64,000 nucleotides of DNA from Synechococcus sp. UW140 (GTDB lineage Bacteria > Cyanobacteriota > Cyanobacteriia > PCC-6307 > Cyanobiaceae). The position numbers and the translations under genes are program-made. The notes under the pieces were generated by a model. It saw nothing but the letters and a program-made list of their open reading frames with translations. It was not told the origin of the DNA and did no database searches. Shown piece by piece: positions 59,900 to 64,000 of this stretch. Where the stretch lies: NCBI GenBank assembly GCA_943373125.1, contig CALSBG010000007.1:15705-79704 (forward strand). Reading direction: 5' to 3'. The stretch's first letter is position 1; each line of letters opens with the position of its first letter.

Positions 59900-60988
59900 C
59901 TAGGCGGCGAGGGCGAGTTCGAACTCCCGACGATCCGTGCTTTCAGGACGGTCAAACACCTTGCAGAACACTTTCACAACCCGATCGCCAGAGTCGATCT
60001 GCTCGAGAGGATCCTTGCGCAGGCGGTGACGCAGGCAGCAGGCCACCACCCGGGCCACGTCGTCTTCTGTGACCTCCTGGCGCCGTTCAAAGGCGGCGAG
60101 GGCCCGGGCCGCCCGGTTGGTGACGATGTCACCGCGCAGGCCATCCACGTCCAGCTCGCCACACACCGCGGAGATCCGAATGCGCAGGTCGTCGTCAATC
60201 ACCACCTGGCCTAAGCGGTTTTGGGCCTCGACAACCCTGGCTTGCAACACATCCTGGGTGGCCTGAACGGCGTTGTTGAAGCTGTCAGGATCGTTGTCAA
60301 AGCTGGTGCGTTGATCCACCACCTGGACCCGCAGCTCGGGATCCCGCACGGTGCGCACTTCCACGCTCATGCCAAAGCGATCCAAGAGCTGGGGGCGCAG
60401 TTCCCCCTCCTCGGGGTTGCCGGAGCCAATCAGCACAAACCGCGCTGGGTGGCGCACCGACACCCCTTCGCGCTCCACCGTGTTCCAGCCCGAAGCGGCT
60501 GAATCCAGCAGCACGTCGACCAGGTGATCGTCGAGCAGATTGACCTCATCCACGTAAAGCAGGCCCCGGTTTGCCTTGGCCAACAGGCCCGGCTCAAAGG
60601 CCCGAATCCCCTCACTGAGGGCTTTCTCGATGTCGATCGTGCCGCAGAGGCGATCTTCCGTGGCCCCCAGGGGGAGGTCAACCATGGGCACCTGGCGTTT
60701 CTCGGTGGCGAGCTCCTCTCCCTGCTCGTCCCTGAGGCGCACCTCGCTGCTTTGGAGGTCGGGGTCCGAGGGGGAGCTGTTGTAGGGGTCTCCGGCTACC
60801 ACATCGATCTCGGGGAGCAGGTCGGCGAGGGCTCGAATCGTGGTGGATTTGCCCGTGCCCCGGTCTCCCATGATCATCACGCCGCCAATGCGCGGATCGA
60901 TCACGTTGAGCAGCAGGGCCAGCTTCATCTCCTCCTGCCCCACGATTGCAGTGAAGGGGAAGACTCGGCGCTTGCGGGCTTGAGTCAC
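59900..60988 (-). CDS. chlI: Magnesium chelatase subunit I
   Basis: [59 protein letters not shown]. Confidence 0.98.
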   Translation of the reverse strand: MTQARKRRVFPFTAIVGQEEMKLALLLNVIDPRIGGVMIMGDRGTGKSTTIRALADLLPEIDVVAGDPYNSSPSDPDLQSSEVRLRDEQGEELATEKRQVPMVDLPLGATEDRLCGTIDIEKALSEGIRAFEPGLLAKANRGLLYVDEVNLLDDHLVDVLLDSAASGWNTVEREGVSVRHPARFVLIGSGNPEEGELRPQLLDRFGMSVEVRTVRDPELRVQVVDQRTSFDNDPDSFNNAVQATQDVLQARVVEAQNRLGQVVIDDDLRIRISAVCGELDVDGLRGDIVTNRAARALAAFERRQEVTEDDVARVVACCLRHRLRKDPLEQIDSGDRVVKVFCKVFDRPESTDRREFELALAA

Positions 60989-62430
60989 GGGAGGATTACT
61001 GGGGAAGATTCGGATTGTTTCACAGGCAGCAGGCTGAGCACCTGCGGTGGCGTGGCATCGGCCGGATAGATCAGGCGCACCTGCACCTGGCGCTGGGCCC
61101 CGGCCGCCAGGCTGATGGTTCCGAGCACCGGCCCCGGTTCGCCAGCCCGTTGCACCAGGTGGAAGCGCTCGCGACCACTGGCTTTGCCTTCAGCATTGTC
61201 CAAGCCCGAAACCTCCACCGTTCCGCGGAACATCACCGCCCGGCTTGGGGTGGCGTTGAAGCGCAGGCCTCCGGCTGGTGCGTCGCTTTTGAGGGGCGAT
61301 TCGAACGCCAGTTGCAAAATGACCGGCTGCTGGCTGTTGTTGCGCAGGGGCAGGGCCAGGTTGTACTCGACGCCGTAATTGCCATGGGCTGCCCAAGCGG
61401 TGCCTGGATAAGCGGCCTTCAAGGGGGCTGTTTGAACCTGGCCGGTGCCGAGGCTGCCCCGCTCGAGGCTGCTGATGGGCCAGGAAATCGGAGCCTGGCC
61501 CGTGCTCAAGGTGGCTTTGCCCGGATCGGTAATGCGGCCAGTCCAGATGCTGCCCACCTGCACCCCGCTCACCCGCGAGTACACCATGGCCCCTGTGCTG
61601 CCCCGGGGGGTGGGCGCATGCTCCTTGGGGCTGAGATCACCATCGAGCAGCTTCTGCCACACCGCCAGGCCGGGTGGTTGGCTGTTGTTACCAAAGGCCG
61701 CCAGGGTGGCCATACTCACGGGGCCGTTGCTCTCAAGCCGTAACTGCAAATTGCGGCCATTGAGGAGCGGGTCAAGACCCCGAACAGGCATCGGTAACAC
61801 CAAGAGCGGGGAGGCCACACCAGCCGGCAGGGTCCAGCTTTCTGGGAGGAGCGCACTTTTTTGTTTGAGCAGCAGTTCAGTAGCCACCCGGCTGCCGGGG
61901 CCCGCATAGATCGGTGGGTCGCTTTGGCGCAGCAGCGAGGGCAAAGGTAGGAACGGGGCGCCGGGGTGGATGCCATCCACGGATTGGGACAGGGCGGTCG
62001 ATCCGGCAAGCAGCCGCAGGGTCACCGGCTGCTTGCCGCGGGGTTGGGCCACAACCGCCACCCAGAGGGTGGAATCGATGCTTTCGGGCTTGCCGGCATA
62101 GACGTGATGGCTGAACAGGTCGAAGCGGCCATTCAGGGGCACATCCAAGTGGGCCGCTGGATGGGGCCGGCTGGATCCGGGGAAAGTGGAGAGCAGAATT
62201 CCCTCTTCCGTGATCAACTCAGGGTTGTTGTCGTTGACCACCAGCACCTGATCCAGGCCCCCAGGCAGGGGAGCCACGGATTGGGGGCGCAGCAGGGGTT
62301 GCGGGCGCACAACGGCTTGTGGGCGCTGCGCCGCTGGGGGGGCAGCAAGAGCTGGTGCACAGGCGATTGCAGTTGTGGTGGTGGCGATGGCCGGTAGGAC
62401 GGCAGACGCCAGCAGAGCGAAGGGCTTCAT
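60985..62430 (-). CDS. DUF3370-like secreted protein
   Basis: Signal peptide, LVVNDNNPELI, EGILLSTFP, FDLFSHHVY, AHGNYGVEY. Confidence 0.8.
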   Translation of the reverse strand: MKPFALLASAVLPAIATTTTAIACAPALAAPPAAQRPQAVVRPQPLLRPQSVAPLPGGLDQVLVVNDNNPELITEEGILLSTFPGSSRPHPAAHLDVPLNGRFDLFSHHVYAGKPESIDSTLWVAVVAQPRGKQPVTLRLLAGSTALSQSVDGIHPGAPFLPLPSLLRQSDPPIYAGPGSRVATELLLKQKSALLPESWTLPAGVASPLLVLPMPVRGLDPLLNGRNLQLRLESNGPVSMATLAAFGNNSQPPGLAVWQKLLDGDLSPKEHAPTPRGSTGAMVYSRVSGVQVGSIWTGRITDPGKATLSTGQAPISWPISSLERGSLGTGQVQTAPLKAAYPGTAWAAHGNYGVEYNLALPLRNNSQQPVILQLAFESPLKSDAPAGGLRFNATPSRAVMFRGTVEVSGLDNAEGKASGRERFHLVQRAGEPGPVLGTISLAAGAQRQVQVRLIYPADATPPQVLSLLPVKQSESSPVILP

Positions 62431-63494
62431 GGTTTGCCGACCAGGGTTTTGGCCACTTCGGCGGCCATGGCGCGAATCAAATCGGTGGAGCGGGGATCGT
62501 TAAACGGCCCTTTCACCATGAAGGCAGCCACTGCCCGCTGACCATTGGGAAGTTGGATCAGGCCTGCATCGGCGTAGGCGATGCCGATATCGCCTGTTTT
62601 GTTGTAGACGGTGATGCCAAAGCTTTTCAAGGCGGCATCCGGATCGGCGGCGTCCTGGCCCAAGCCCTGCAACAGGCCCAGGGGGATCAGGGTGTTGGTG
62701 CGGGAGGTGCCCATGATTTCGCGGAACAAATCCCGGGCCCGAGGGCTGAGTTTTTGGCCCGTATCCACCAGGGCAATGACTTTGGCGAGGTCCCGGGAGC
62801 TGGTGGTGTTGGTGCCCTCGAGATCGGGCAGCCAGTTGCGCACCACCGTGGCGGGCAGGCCCAGGGCCGCAAAGCGACTGTTGATGGCTGTTTTGCCGCC
62901 CAGACGTTCGATCAAGAGGTTGGTAGCACTGTTGTCGCTCACCCGAATCATTTCGGTGGCTGCTTCAAAGAAGGGGAAGCGGGTTCCCATGGGCCGGCTT
63001 GCCATCCATCCAGCGCCGCCTCCAACCACCTCTTTGGTGAGGGGCAGACCCTCGTTCCAGCGCAAGGCCCCAGAATCAAGTTGTTGCAATCCAGCAAGCA
63101 ACACAGGCGTTTTGATCGAGCTGGCGGCTGGCTGGGGGCGACCCGGCTGCAGTTGGGCATAGCGACCGTCATCGAGCACCAGGAGGAAGCCGCTGGCTTG
63201 GAGGCCGCTCTGGGCCTGGGCCAACTGCGCCCAGCGGGCGCTCAGGGCCTTGAGTTCGTTTCGGGTTTCAAAACTGCCGCTACTCAAGCCTTGGCTGCCA
63301 ATCGGCACACTGGGGTTGGCGGCTTCCAACTTTGAGGTTTGGATGGCGCCCTGGGCCAAGTGGGGGGCCAGCAGCTTCAAGGCGGTGCCCGTAATGACAC
63401 CCAGGCCAATGCCCATCACGGCCAGCCTTAGGACCAGCTGGAGCGGCTGCGGAAGCCGGTTTTTGGCACTGCGGGTCGAACGGCCAGCCGTCAC
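62427..63494 (-). CDS. Class A beta-lactamase-like serine hydrolase
   Basis: SxxK (ASSIK), SDN and KTG motifs. Confidence 0.9.
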   Translation of the reverse strand: MTAGRSTRSAKNRLPQPLQLVLRLAVMGIGLGVITGTALKLLAPHLAQGAIQTSKLEAANPSVPIGSQGLSSGSFETRNELKALSARWAQLAQAQSGLQASGFLLVLDDGRYAQLQPGRPQPAASSIKTPVLLAGLQQLDSGALRWNEGLPLTKEVVGGGAGWMASRPMGTRFPFFEAATEMIRVSDNSATNLLIERLGGKTAINSRFAALGLPATVVRNWLPDLEGTNTTSSRDLAKVIALVDTGQKLSPRARDLFREIMGTSRTNTLIPLGLLQGLGQDAADPDAALKSFGITVYNKTGDIGIAYADAGLIQLPNGQRAVAAFMVKGPFNDPRSTDLIRAMAAEVAKTLVGKP

Positions 63495-63526
63495 GGAGGC
63501 AGGGGGTTTGGGTAGTGCATCCGACG

Positions 63527-64000
63527 CTAAGGGGTCTGGTCGGGGTTCCGGCTTTGACTAGCCCAGCGCAACTGGCGCACCATCCCCCGCACCAAGGCCA
63601 CCTCGTCGCTCGAGATCTGGGCCCTCTGCAGCAAGCCGCGCACCTTGGCCATGCGGGCATGGCTGGTGTGGGGATACAGAAAACCCACCACCATCAACAG
63701 GTGTTCGGCATCGCTGAGCATGGCCTCCAAGTCCTGCCGCTGGCAGGGTTCGGCCAGGCCTAATGGGCCAGGGGATTGGGGGAGCTGCTCGCGGGGAAGC
63801 TGGTGCAGTTCATGCAACACCACGGCCACGGCATGGGAGAGGTTGAGGGAGCTGTAGGCCGGTCCCGTGCCAAGGCTGAGGAGCCGTCCGGCCTGGAGCA
63901 TCTCGTCGTTGGAGAGGCCCCGATCCTCCCGGCCAAAGACCACCGCCACGGGGGAGTTGTTGGTCTCAGAGGGTTCCACCAGCCAAGACAGGGCCTCCTG
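63527..64000 (-). CDS. trmJ: SPOUT RNA methyltransferase, TrmJ/LasT type (5'-truncated by the window edge)
   Basis: VFGREDRGLSNDE, YSSLNLSHAV, VGFLYPH; the frame stays open to position 64000. Confidence 0.88.
   Translation of the reverse strand, partial: QEALSWLVEPSETNNSPVAVVFGREDRGLSNDEMLQAGRLLSLGTGPAYSSLNLSHAVAVVLHELHQLPREQLPQSPGPLGLAEPCQRQDLEAMLSDAEHLLMVVGFLYPHTSHARMAKVRGLLQRAQISSDEVALVRGMVRQLRWASQSRNPDQTP

Overview
The window looks like picocyanobacterial (Cyanobium/Synechococcus-like) chromosome in two parts. From ~4414 to 64000 it is GC-rich, gene-dense core genome: ndhB, topA, cobT-like, ribE, cyAbrB, ctaCDE with ctaAB, nanE, groEL2, fabG, ispD, ubiA, ppx, tRNA-Val(CAC), mqo-like, cobM, lgt, petCA, tatC, NFACT, gmk, psaFJ, tsaD, hli, pilT, wecB, ychF, peptide ABC genes, hom, sufE, ruvC, chlI and a trmJ-like gene. 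From 1 to ~4410 it is visibly more AT-rich and looks like the right end of an accessory island. That part holds a membrane sensor class III nucleotide cyclase running off the left edge (missed by the ORF track) and decayed ISAs1-like, GNAT-like and HEPN-like remnants. It also has a small secreted Cys-rich protein and a 12-unit, 8-bp-phased repeat array upstream of an orphan ribbon-helix-helix gene, resembling a type Ib centromere/ParG pair. Short direct repeats abut the stop codon of the first core gene and may mark the integration site. Most novelty is in the first 4.4 kb. Core-region oddities are recurrent 15-bp in-frame microduplications, a 19-bp duplication of the fabG 3' end and several uncharacterised mini-proteins. 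All calls come from manual reading and motif recognition, no searches were run, and start codons are best estimates.
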